From NCBI GenBank assembly GCA_040954595.2, contig CM082594.2:11796985-11860984 (forward strand): a stretch of DNA of 64,000 bases, written 5' to 3'. This DNA is from Balanoglossus misakiensis (lineage: Eukaryota; Animalia; Hemichordata). The notes under the pieces were generated by a model. It did no database searches, had not been told where the DNA came from, and worked only from the letters and a program-made list of their open reading frames with translations. The position numbers were made by a program, and so were the translations under genes. Below are positions 46,646 to 60,122 of the stretch, in pieces; positions within the stretch are counted from its first letter, which is position 1; each line of letters opens with the position of its first letter.

Positions 46646-49565
46646 TTAATTAGACGGATATGTTTCATGTGGTGCAAGATTTAGTTGACTATTCCGCATG
46701 TAGGTCCTCTTCGTTTCTTTTATTTCTGAATGACTGAAGTAGAATCTTCCAGTTGGATCCAGTGGTATGTAAAACTTCACAAAGACAAAAACTCGATAGA
46801 AGACGTCGGCCAGGTGCAGGAGCACCACAGCTCTGAAGAAGTCCATCACATTGACATAGCACATTCGAGTGACCCTGTCTAGTCCACAGGACAGAATATA
46901 ACAACATCCAAGAAGGACAGAAATTTGGAGTGGAATCAAGCACATCAGAGCATTTCTGACTTCTATCATTTCAGCCTTCTCTCTTCTCTCAAGACTTGAT
47001 ATTTTTTGGTTGATGCGGACGTTTTCAGGAGGAAATTCCTGCAAAAAGTACAAATAAAGTGTTGGATCATTTTCTGTCTCGACCTGATTATCAAACTTAT
47101 GTGGTCTTATCCTGGTGATTTAGTATCTCTATATTTGAGTGTTAAACCATGGCTGTTCTGTATTCTTATAGCATACAAACATGTCAATCAGGCAAGATAT
47201 AGGCTCATACTTGTACAGAAATTACCATTTGTAGAGAAGTAAAGTTATAAATAACTGTAATTAAAGAGAATGGAAGGGATGTGATGAATTTCTGCTATTT
47301 GGATCGAGAAAAGCATAAGATTAAACTGAGCATTATAATTAAATTTCTTTGTCTTGATGATGAACCACCGTCTTGATTATCAAGTCAGATATTCAATTAA
47401 ATCTTCATTCAAGAGAAAAGAACAAAAATGGTGGATGGTGGTTGCAAGGTAATTCAACCAGCCTTTACCTCTTTCAGTTGGAGCAGTGCAGTTTTACGTA
47501 AAGATGTATCATGGAGCTTGGACATCCTTGGTTCCATAAACCAGGAAATGTAGACTGGAAGAGCAACAACTAGGTGTTCCAACATGCTGAAGGTATGGCC
47601 AGTTTCCCAGAAGGGTGTCAACAGCACTATGTCATTGAAGATGAGAAATATCAAAACAAACCTCTCCACGACACTCAAAGACACCAACCAGAAAGACACA
47701 AATCCATCATCTGTGCGAGTGCGAATTATGTATTTGTTAACAATTGATGCAACACAGTCGACGATTGCCCGGAGCAAAATCCAACTCTCACGAGTCACAA
47801 AAGTAATGTAGTATTTGCCAGCGTTGGTGGTGTGCTTCAACAAAAATGGTGGAAGGCGTAAGACAATTTCTGGAATGTTGTAAACACAAAGAACAAGTGG
47901 GTTCAGAATGAGGAGGTAGAGCAGCTTGCTAAAATGTGTCCACTGTTGCATATTGTGGGGAAGATGATCTAAAGAAAGAAAGAAAGAAAGATAAATAGAA
48001 ATGATGCTTTCACACCAGTCTTAACATATTCATGTGGTGGTAACACTTTATGCAATTGACATTCACCATCAACCTTTTCATAGGTTGATGGTGGCACTCT
48101 GACACCGGCTATTAATTCTCAGTTAGATTGATATCGCTTCATCTTTGAGAGTAAATCAATGCATCTTATCAACATTGTATGTTGCTGTGAAATCATGCAA
48201 GTCAGGATCAATTGTTGAGAGTATAAAGTTGTATATCGTATGTGACACAAAAAAGCATGCAAAGTGTTGGAAAGGGAAAAAAGATTAATACTAACCATAC
48301 TGAGATCCGTCTAACAGTCTGAGATCATAAGATAAAGCGCTCACGTCTAGTTGTAAGATATCGTCTATGGTGATATTCGGATCACCTGAAACAAGTAAAC
48401 AAACAAACAAACAAATAAGATTTTAAATGAAAGTGTATTTTTCTATTTGTTCTTGACTTGTATTATCCCAATCGCTATGTAATCAGGAAGTGTTGCGGAA
48501 AATCAATCATTTCATTCGTGAGTCTCAGGAGTAAGCCATCTTTCTCTACCCTTCAACATTTTGCTGCTTCATTTTGAACAGTAAGGATTTTGTAATTTAT
48601 CGGATGAGATTTTGAATGGTGCACCCTTTCAAAAATCTTCCAATCCCCCAGAATATAAAATTGTCCACCACAAATAGTGCTTGAGGAGGGAAGGGAGAGA
48701 TAGCCAGCCTGAGGAAAACAAAGAAATACTAGTAGCTTGTCACGATTTCTATAAAGTTTATGTTCTGTGCACTGAGGTTTAACTTTTTACTGAAATAAAA
48801 ACTTATGAAACTACTCTTATTATTCCATATTTTTACTGTAAACGTTCATATACACTAACATTTTATGTATCATATGTGTGTGCTGTTGATTTTCTGTGTG
48901 CTAGTTCCGCGTGGAATTTCCCAGTCTCTAACGATCTAATAATAGAAAATAGTTTGCATTACAATGAAAACCTTTGTCATATTCATCTTAATGGTCCAGT
49001 GGGTGCACAACCTCGCACATTTTTCATGACATCTTCTTTCAAGGTTACCTCAAACAACATTGAAACAAAGCTGAATTAAATTTGACAATACTTCTGTTAA
49101 TTATTTTTAAGCAGAAACTTTTGATGCAAATGTGATATCATTAAAGGTTATTAAAAGCGGTGACAGCTGTCTTGAGAATTAAGACGGTTCTGCTAGGTAC
49201 TGCACATGTTTATTATCAGTTGCATTTAAGACTAACTAACCTTTGTGTTCTTCGTTCAAGTGGCGAAACAATGTTTTTCTCGTCGCCTCTACGCAATCTA
49301 TCCGTTCCATTTCACCGAAAATCAAGACCAGCCGAGAAACGTCAACACTCCATCCACAGCGCTCCAAACCCTTCCGTGTGGGCGATCCTTCACCATGTCT
49401 AGATAGATTCACAACTTTCAAATAGGAAATGCCAAATTTCTCCAACAGCAACCTGTAGTCTTCACCGGTAACACTTTGGATGTCAAGTAGAATCGAAAGA
49501 TCATTGCAAAGCTCATGAAAGCATTTCAGTTCCAACAGTTTCACATTGCCAATGGTCGAACTCAT
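46646..49565 (-). CDS. Uncharacterised protein: N-terminal death domain plus C-terminal multipass transmembrane region, 4 coding exons, ~435 aa
   Basis: Exons 49565-49241, 48385-48296, 47968-47469, 47038-46646 join in frame (1308 nt). Exon 1 (LSILLD...GEDYRLLLEKFGI...SPTRKGLE...VSRLVLIFGEMERIDCV) follows the MyD88/IRAK-like death-domain pattern. Exons 3-4 contain several long hydrophobic segments. Confidence 0.75.
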
Positions 49566-52500
49566 GGCACGCCAGTTGGAATTTCGAGTTGATGTTTTGA
49601 TCACAGAAGCAGTCTACACTATGGTGTATAACTTATTCAGATCTGCTTGCAACACTGGAGAAACACAATACATGTACACCTGATCTATTGTCCATTAAAT
49701 AAAACATGGGTTAAGGCATGACTAGGGCAAAGGTCGGCTGTGTGACCAGACACATGGTTCATTTGGTTTAATATTCTATTGGCCAGAAGTGACAATGAAA
49801 CACTTGTTTTCTCATGATAATGTAATCAAAAATCTAGACATCATATCGGGACCCTCACGGAGAAACATACAACGTCTGGATTGTAGCCTAGGAATTTTGC
49901 AAAACGGGCAAGTTGGTTGACAGAAACACATAAAGTCGTTAGAACAACTACGTGTTACGAGGAGTACTACTTTAATACATAGATAGTATCAAAAACAACA
50001 ATAGCTTGCATTTGATTTTTAAACTGTATAAATTAGGATTTTTGTGTATGGCTATGTGTACAACCGCTCAATTAACTGATCGGTACAACTGCGTATTTGT
50101 CCTTCACCGATTGCAGTGCGCCCCCACAAGGTACATTTCACCATTTGTTCGTTTATCATCAGGCCCAGACTTTCTCCGAATGGGAAATGGACACATTGCT
50201 GAGTTCGTTCGCATGTCTCTGTTACAGGGCGACTGACACACTGCATTACGCCAAAATTATGGCAAGTTTAAAATACAACAAACGCACATCATATCATCAT
50301 ATCCCCACTACTTTTAACTCGGCCAACGCTACAGAGAAGTAACTGCTACAACGCTACAAAGCAAGAAATAAAAAAGAACACTGACAGCATGACTTCCAAA
50401 GGGTATATGGAAAATGTCAGAAAGAAATGTACCAGTACTTGTAAAAAGCAGTCAGACTGATTTTCCCACTTAACACAAAAATTTAGCACTCCATTAACTA
50501 TATGGCACGAACCCTTGAGCAGCATATCAGCGTGAGTACAAGTATGGAAAAGTAGGGCCAGGATACACATCACACAGCAGGACAAATGGAAAATCACCAC
50601 AATTTAGCAGTGGAAAATTTGCACCTGATCTGTGAAATTCTACACTACCAGTAATGACTCTCTCAGATGGTACTTAACAGTTCATTTCCGACTCTTTTCT
50701 AAACCATTCAGCTATGTGAATAGAGAGGAATCCTTACTAACATGTACAGGTAATGTATTCAGCGTAATTCGATCATCAAAATCCTATGACACTCGATTTC
50801 ATGACATCGTGATATTCATATACTTTGAAATCCTCTGAAATTGTTAAATCCAATTCAACCATCTTCAAAGACATTAATTATCTAAATCAGAAGCCAATTA
50901 TCCCTGCCTTGTTCATTATTTATTTGACTTGTCTCTATTGTTTTGATCATCTACGTTCGAAAAACAAGGACGATAATATCTGACGACGTATAACATACGC
51001 TGATAAACGTAATTGCTGGATGCATCGATAGTTTTTTGCATTCGGTTGCCTCTACGCATCAGTGGCGAAGCAGCATGTCGGGCTTGTGAATCGTAAGCCA
51101 CTTGACAATGCCTCCAATGCAGAGACGCCGACCAGACATTAACTGCTACCGACACGTCTTCAAGGGGACATATACGCACAGCTGCAGAGTCTGTGGTGAA
51201 GGCTTTGGAAACATCTGATTGTGTGGAGATATTGACAGTTGATTGATTAAAAGGTAAGTTCAATACATCAAGAGAATTTGCGACAAGTCCACGATAACCA
51301 AATGCGGAGGGTTACTTGCAAGGTAAGCTAACACGTTAGATGATGATGATGATGATGATGATAATGATCCTACTAGAATTAGAAGCTGTGTAGTATGATG
51401 AGTATTTGTAAATATTTCAACAGGTTCTGTAAAATGATATTCTGCTCTGTAACATAAACTTCACTCTAAAATTTCTGTAGTTCAATCCGGAGTTCATGTT
51501 AACCGAATATTTTGCCTCCCAGTCTTTTGATGGGCATGCCTACATAAACCGAGAACTCGACATAATGTGTCTGCTTTGTTGATTAATTAAGCTGCAGTCA
51601 TACACAATAATTGTTGCTTTTACATACAAGCATACACACATTCTCGTAGGTAAATACTAGTAGGTGAAGTCTGTTGTAAACTTCCTAACATGTTAACCAT
51701 CGCCAGTAAGACTGTGTTATCTCACTCCCCTTTCCCAAATCAGGAATATGTTTGAAAATTGTTATAGTGCCATTTACATAGGAAAACTAATAGATGTCGA
51801 GGAAACGCACTTTGTACCTCCTGTTGAGCTTTTGAGTTTCAGCTATTTGTCGCTGTCACTTATATTGAGCAACAAAACACTCACGCTTGAATGGAAAAGA
51901 GCATCCACATTTAATCAAAGACGTTTTAAGTTGCACTCTGCAAGAATAACCCGAATCGGAAAAATGTCAAAATTACATTTAAAGTAAACGTTGACACAAA
52001 GAGTAATGCCGAGGTGTAACACAGCGAAGCAAATGAAAGTGACAGAATGTCAACAGCACAGACAGAGAGAGTCTCCTCCCAGCATATGCTTTGGACGCGT
52101 TGAAAAGAGCCTATTGAACCCTAATAAGGAAGTCAAATTTACTAAAAGGCTAGTCAATAATTTCACTTCCATTCAGAAGAAGAAATATTTCTATGGTGGG
52201 TACCATGCTATGGCCCATTTACCAACAAATGTATCTGAGGTAAATTAATAAAACGGTCAAAGGGAAGACAAATGTGCATTTTCAACTGCGCACTGAACAC
52301 TGCAGGTGGCGGGTTGTTTCTCATAAAACATTCAAAAAAGACCAATTCATCATGGAAGAGAAGTTTTCCCCGAGCTATGTGACAATACCGAGATTAATTC
52401 AAGCAAAGCTCATGATAATGTTACATGTATTATAAATTGAACAGCATCTGAAAAGCATTTTCAAAAATCACACCAGTGGATGACGCGTGTCCCTGCCCCC

Positions 52501-55021
52501 AACAGCTCTTGCCTGTTGCCACCCAAGTCTTCCTTACATACATGTATCTTGGTCAAGTTCTCCTGACATTAAAAAACTCAATCGCCAATTTTCACATTAT
52601 GCAAACTCATTCAGTCAGCAGCCGTTATCCTCCCAAACTATACCTATGCCAACAAACACTCAATGTCTAACTCGCTTATCTCATAATGAACGAAGTTTTA
52701 AGCCATAAACACGCTTATCAAATTATATTGTTTTATATCATGACTGAGAACAGTAGATGCACATCAAAGCCCCCATCCCAAGGCAGAAACACCAAATCTC
52801 CATTTATCTTCTTATTCTGAGCCACCGGGAATATGAACTTGATAAGACTTTTACTCAGACAACCATGTTCTTGGAAGTATCACAACAAATATCTGTTGGA
52901 ATCCCTGTAGATCGAAATAATACAAGTTGCAAAATACGCATCGTGTGCACATATATACATACATATATTAAACTATGCTTTCTAACCATACACACTGAAA
53001 ATATTGAAAATATGCACTTGCTTTGTAGGATAAACAGAATGCAAAGAAAGTTTATGCTCCACTGTGTCATTCTACGTACTTTCTATAGTTTCCAATTTAA
53101 AGAGTAACATAATATCTAGCTGCGTTACTCGATGCTGTGGCCTTCATGAAAGGGACAACACTGAAAAATAAGAGTAATGTCTTTTCTGCAATGCTCTACT
53201 ATAGTGGAAATTGCCTTCTACAAAAATCTTACAAAAACTGGTCTTGTGTGACAGTATCTCTTAAGTAAGCCCGCATCTCTGCATTCCCATTCAGAATGAT
53301 TTGTGATGAAAGTAACACGTTATTCTAGCATTAAGTAAAGACCCTGCGGCATTTGCCTCTGTTCTCAAAGCAGTCGTTTTAGAAGGGTTCATACGTCGGT
53401 CATGAAACCCTGTCCAAGTACACCCATGGAACCACTTAACTCTGTTATCGTTCGCTAATTGCCGATTGGGAATAAATATTCAAATGTCGTATACAGTATG
53501 TGACCTGGAACTCCTCTTATACCCGTATATCTGTTCGGTTCAAGTCTTGTGTAGATTTTCAGATCAACGTATGTTTGAAGTGTTTATTATCCTCCAAAAC
53601 ATGTGCCCTTCCACAGCACTCGGTCAAATGAATCAAAATTCATGTAAGGACCGTGCAAGTTTATCAGGTACGGTATTGAATATCTGAAAGAAAACTTTTT
53701 TGAAGTTATGGACATAAAGAAGTGCAGTATCAAACTTTTATCGCCGTTAGGTTGTATCATCCAGAAAAAAGAGCTGTATATTCGAACTTATGTGCATAAA
53801 ACAACTGAAATTTTATCGATGTTTGATTTGATTATTCAGAAAAGTAAGAGCCGTATCCCTTTGAGAATCAATATCCACAATGACGTCATTGTTATCATAG
53901 AGGAATCAACGTCGTTACTGAATGAACAAGCATCTTCTCCTAGTTGAAAATCCATTCAAAAATTAAAAAAAAAGATTAAACTTGACGCCAGATTTCTGGT
54001 TGGTTGTGACTGATACACGATATCAATGCGTGTAGCAACAAAGGCAACAAAAGAAATCAGAAGTGGAACACAGATAACCTTATTTGTGCAACTCGGCCAG
54101 GACTCTGGCCGTTTCATACAGAAGTAGTTCACAACTTTCCAACTATATCTTTATTTGATTGGTTAAGCTCTTGGGGAAAGTTGTAGTACCCCTTCCCCAT
54201 ATGTCTATGTCCAACTGCACGTATGTTTTCTAGTGATACTTTTTAAACAGTAAACTTTCCGATAAGGAGAATCATGGGAACTTTGTGACCACCCAACTAT
54301 TATAGCTCCTCTGAGAAATCCTATGGTGCAATTTATAGTCGCAAAAATGGTTTGTAACACAAGGAAAACTAGGATAGCCTCGGGCACGCATCCAGTGTGT
54401 AACAATTATATATATACTTGAACGTGTCCCATATTGGGACTCGATCTTTTTAATAGATTATGGTATTTCTTTGTACTAGTGTTTCTTGGATTGAAATTGA
54501 AGTGTTATCTGTATTAACTGGAGCAAATCATTGCGAAACAATTAAGGCTCCAAACTGCCAAGTGTCAATGAAAGGAACATCATTTCATTTTGGCTTCTAC
54601 ATGCTACATGTATTTTCACGTTTCCAATGTCAAAAATCTTTCTATAAGATTCCACACAAGATATCCATTTCAAGAGTTTGTTATCCGATTCAGTTCTGAT
54701 GTGCAACTGCTGCTAAAGAAGATACAGGCAGTGTAGACCTTTTTGTCCACTACAAGTTATCATTTTAAAAAGCCCGAGGGCAAAATTCGTAATCTTGGTA
54801 AGTCTTTGAACACGCTTTTCTTCGGAACTGACGTTTCGTATTACCTATTGATAACAACGTCATGATTTTCCTACAGAACCATTTGACTAGGCATGGGATT
54901 TTCCCAATTAGCGCCCGTGTCCACATCCATAGGCTAAATTCTGAGTGGAGCAGTGTAGATTGAAAACAAAATGATCTTCAAATTGTGCATACGGTCTTCC
55001 CAAAAAGTTATATTACAAAGC

Positions 55022-55506
55022 TGTATGTATGTATGTATGTATGTATGTATGTATGTATGTATGTATGTATGTATGTATGTATGTATGTATGTATGTATGT
55101 ATGTATGTATGTATGTATGTATGTATGTATGTATGTATGTATGTATGTATGTACATGTATGTATGTATGTATGTATGTATGTATGTATGTATGTATGTAT
55201 GTATGTATGTATGTATGTATGTATGTATGTATGTATGTATGTATGTATGTATGTATGTATGTATGCATGCATGCATGTACCGGTATGTATGTATGTATGT
55301 ATGTATGTATGTATGTATGTATGTATGTATGTATGTATGTATGTATGTATGTATGTATGTATGTATGTATGTATGTATGTATGTATGTATGTATGTATGT
55401 ATGTATGTACATGTATGTATGTATGTATGTATGTATGTATGTATGTATGTATGTATGTATGTATGTATGTATGTATGTATGTATGTACCCGGTATGCATG
55501 CATGTA
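55022..55506. repeat. ~480-bp (TGTA)n microsatellite with recurring interruptions
   Basis: Directly visible; explains the six MYVC/HTYI pseudo-ORFs. Confidence 0.99.
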
Positions 55507-58500
55507 CGGTCTCAAGACATATGACAATCATATATCACAACTGGTTACAAAATGTTAATGGTAGCAAACATTGAAGTGAGTTGAGTCTACCTGTATCGCA
55601 GTTGTTCTTTATCAAATAACCCTCTGTCATAGCTTGTTATGCGAATTCATGGTACAATTGAAGTACATATGCTAGCATAATAAGGTTTAAGTGATTTCAA
55701 ATTCCCTCAAAATAATTCCATCCTCCCTAAATTGCTGGAGGGGATATAATCTTAAAAACAGGATGAAACGTTTTTTTTTTCGTTTTATATTTTTCCAAAC
55801 CAGGGCCTACGTTTGCTTCAACTAAAATACGCAACGAAATAATATTCCTCGACAGTCTAATTGTACTGTAGCCTACGGAGAGCAAGTCTCATTTGCTTGT
55901 TTTAGAAAAACAACATCTGTATCTAATTTACAGCCTGGCTTTTGCCGAGAGCATACACATTAACCTCAAATATTAACTACAAATACAGACTTCATGTGCT
56001 TTAAGAGCTAGGAAGAACATTGCGGGGTGAATTTGTTCATCTCTCAGTAGAAAAGCTCACTAAAGCTTACACCAAACTAAGGACAGGGTAATTGGGTTCT
56101 ACATCTGACGTACATGGCGGTCGATTAAAAGGAGGAAAACCTGATCCTGATAATACCCTGTAGGACACAAAATTACTGCAAAAATCACGTACGATGCCTT
56201 TTGGTACTTCCAAAGACCTCAACAAAATACCGCCGAAATAACAATGAAACATGACAATTAACAGGCTGTTTCGTTTTGCAGCAAACATCACGATATTCCA
56301 TTGTTGTTTACTGTGTAAAACTGAAAGACTGAAGTAGTCAGACCTGAACGCGTGGTAAAATCTTAGAGATAACACTTCCCAAAATTGTGCCAACAGATTT
56401 AATTACCTCATATTAATTGAGATTGACTGACCTAGCTACTAGTCGATTGATTGATTATAATGAGTTCACTGAAATTATGATATATTTCCGGGTACTACAG
56501 GTATTCAAATGTGTGCTGTGGTAACAGCAAAACACACTTAAACTATAAAGAAGAACCTTTGTTTGATGTTTTATGAAATATACGGTTTCCTCCGGGTCTA
56601 TCGATAGACAGATTTCTTTCTAGAGGGCATCAAAAACTTCAAAGATGCGCGCTTTATGAAAATGTCGCTTTCCATCTGCATATGCTGTTTTTTTGGTTTG
56701 GCGATACAAACAACATAGCGTCGAGACGTGCAAGTCGAAAAAGTTCACTGAATCACTGTTTGCTGAGCAGTGATGTCGGTATGTGTTGGAGACCTGTTAC
56801 TTCCATCCTGGATAGATGGTGCTACTGGGAATTATTAAGTGACCCTGGGCTATCGGATAGTCCATTTAAAAGGTTCACACTTTGCATATGATGAATGTGT
56901 GCAATGTGCGTTTGTGTATGGCACACAGCACCGTTACGAGTTTCCCTTACGAGTTTCAAAAGCAAACATTGACTTTCAAAACCTGCAATACTGCCATTCC
57001 ACGGATCGCTTTTATGTTTTTTTAAAGACGATAAAATATTATTCTTTGACGGATTTCTCCCTGGCGTATGTGAATGATTGTGAGTGCATAATTGTTACGT
57101 CACTCTCTGCACAGAAAGGTGATGTACTACATGTACCGGTACATCATTTGTTACACAGTACTCCATAACAGCAGTTGCCTAGCAAAATGACATAGACAAA
57201 AAGATGGTTAGTTCGTAAATTGGGTGAGGGAATGTGGGATCTATTAGGAGATAAATGAAACTCTTATCTGTACTGATTCGATACCATGCATGACATTTTC
57301 TCCTCAACATTCCCTTAAGGTCAGATGACACGGAAAACTTCATCATTGCGCATTACCGAGTATCTTTGTCATTAGTTATTGCTTTTTGTCTAATTACGTG
57401 TGGTGTTCTTCCTAATCCGATTTTAATACGAAACCTCTTTCAAACTGTGTTGCAAAATTGCTGTCACATTACGGTTATACTAATATAACGCCCCAGTAAA
57501 AGGTTTACATACCGGTACACAAACACGGGCGCGTAGTATGCGTAATATAATTAGGTTTGTAAATACAAACGCATTCTTTGCATAAATTATATGGCATCAG
57601 ACAAGTTATTCTGTGCAATCTTGTGATTAAAACAGTGTATAATACACTGAATGATGCTTTGCTGCTTTAATAAAATCACAAGTGAAAGCATATCTTACTA
57701 AGGTAAGATAAAAGGGTTGAACATGTTGGCTGCATTATGGTCGAAATCTCTTCAAAAACATCTAACATAACGATAATTTACCATCAAAGGTTACGTTTTG
57801 GACTGACCAGGCAATCTTTATTGCCTAGTTATAATCATCTTGCATAGATCCAATTCCTGGTAGGTGGTTATTAAATTGATAAAATATACCCTAGACGCAC
57901 TGCAGGTGCCGTAACTCACACTGGTGGGTTTTTTGATAATCCTTTATACTTCCTTCTCTGTGTTTTGTTTCTTAAGATGTTGGAAATGAATAGCTCAGGT
58001 CTCCGTGTTCACACTTTTTTCCATAAATCATGTTATATACAATCTCACTGGCATGATACGTCATGATCTTATCCCCTGGATATTTTCCGTGATTTCAGGC
58101 AAGGTACTTCTAGTTGTCTAACGAACCAGAATGAAAATCTTCGCAAGCTTTAGAATTCCCTTTAGGCATAGGAGCGTTTGCGAATGGTAGTTTGTTAAAA
58201 CTTTGAATGGTCCTCCGAGATTTGTTTGCTGTGAAACTGTGAATATACTCGGCAAGAAGAGCAACAACAACAATTAAGAATTTTTTTCCCGTCGAAACGA
58301 CAGTGGCAGGTGCAGATCGATACGCTAATGTCAGTATTCGCGCGCGCCATAATGGATGACTGAATATCTCAGCAAATGGAGGAAACACACAAGGCGTTTG
58401 TCGGCGTCAATGTATTAATCAAAAGGACGTGTGTGTTCCTGTCATGTTTCTTTGTGTGAATGGCTTGTATTCCTGGCAAAGATTACTTGCTAATGACTAC

Positions 58501-59879
58501 CATGCCATTAAAAAGCAATATTTGCCAAATTCCACCGGGATCGCAACATAGCCCATTTAGACCAACAATAATGCAACATATGTTAACGACAGATGCTTGA
58601 CACCTCTTCCAAATGAAAACGCTCAGGAGAAGAATTTTGAAGGGGGAACAATTTATCAGCGACACTTTTAACTTTGCAGGAGTCAAATTGTAAGCGTGGG
58701 AGTATAATTATTGTTCTTGCCGCAAATCGACTTAACATCAACAGTGCCATTTACAAAATTGTTTGCTAGATAATTTGATGAGAAAATCAATCGAATGGTT
58801 TCAAATATGTACAATGTAAAATTGCGTTACAGATTAGATGGTGCCTGGGCGTATCTCAGTGGGAACAAAAAGTAGTACTGATGTTCAATGCAGTTGTCAC
58901 ATGCCACAAGTCATTTGGGAGTAGGAACACAGGCAAGACTATGACGTGCGAGATCTCGCTGCATCTGTCAGCTTTAAATTTGCTTAAGAAGTTAACCTTT
59001 GCGAGATAACTGTCAAAGTTTTGAAAACAACACGAAATAGTTAATTATTCAACCATTTCCTGTAAATTGTGATCACATGTAATAAGGAAAGGAGTTGATG
59101 TTAAAATTTTTAGTTTAGCTGTATATGTGCATGTGTATGTTTTTGTTTCTGTGATAACATAACAGCATGTAGGTGATTTTGGCAAGCACACAATTTTCAT
59201 CATCAGAATATTTTCTGAGTGTTGATGGTACTAAAGAAGTTTATCGTCTAAGTGGCACAATTCTGTATGTAGCTTTACGTGATTTGAATGTTGTTTTTAG
59301 AAAAAAGTACCAGGAAGTAGATACTGCAAGGATACTTGTAACCGAGACACTCACTGCCTGGATGTTATTTTCGATTACAACAAATTGGCTAGCATCCAAA
59401 AATAATAGCCATTGACACCAGAAAGTGTAAAATTTGTATTGCACTCCAGTAATCCTGGCACAGAGTATTTCTGCAAGTCTTGCAAAATTTCTGGTGGGCA
59501 TGTAAATTACATATTTCTTTCCATGTTTGTCCACGGGTTAACATGTCTGTACCTTCAGGCTAACATAGTATTACTCAATTTTCTGTCTGTAAATACCGGT
59601 ACATGAAAGAGAGTCGAAATGTCACGACTAGTGGTGCAATATTAAATAAGCTGTAGTAAAGCCAAAAAGGATACAGGCATTAGATAACAGACGTGGCGGA
59701 ATCTGCAACTTCTCGTCTCAAGGGTTTCTAGTTACATTGGTTTTGCTTTGTAAATCATTACTTCGGGTTCTTTTGGGGACTGCCTGGCGACAGTAAAAAC
59801 ATAAGCGACTTGGCAGCCGATACAGCTCCACTGTGATACTTTGCATTATAAGCAGAAAACTGCTTCAGAATTAAATGGC

Positions 59880-60122
59880 ACACCAAATTTATAAGTAATC
59901 GGACACCATTGGTTTTACAGAAGAGGTTTTTTAAACCAAACACGACAAAAAATGATTGTAAAATACAAATATGCAAATTTCACCATAATTTGCACAATCC
60001 AGCTGGGAACCTGTATACCAAATGTCAGAGCAATCGGACAAACTTTACTCAGGTCACCCAAAGGAACCTGCACACTAAATTTCAAAGTAATCTGAAAAGC
60101 AGTTTCAGAGAAGAAGATTTTG
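59880..60122 (+). repeat. Fragment of an interspersed repeat with internal degenerate units (Helentron/HINE-like non-autonomous element)
   Basis: Three related units: caccaaatttataagtaatcgg, taccaaatgtcagagcaatcgg, cactaaatttcaaagtaatctg; two are followed by g(g)tttt/cagagaaga-type tails. The family assignment is from memory of invertebrate repeats only. Confidence 0.5.

Noticed and set aside
54934-55574. Six 163-197 aa ORFs (MYVC/HTYI repeats)
   Set aside because: Translation artefacts of the stop-free (TGTA)n microsatellite.
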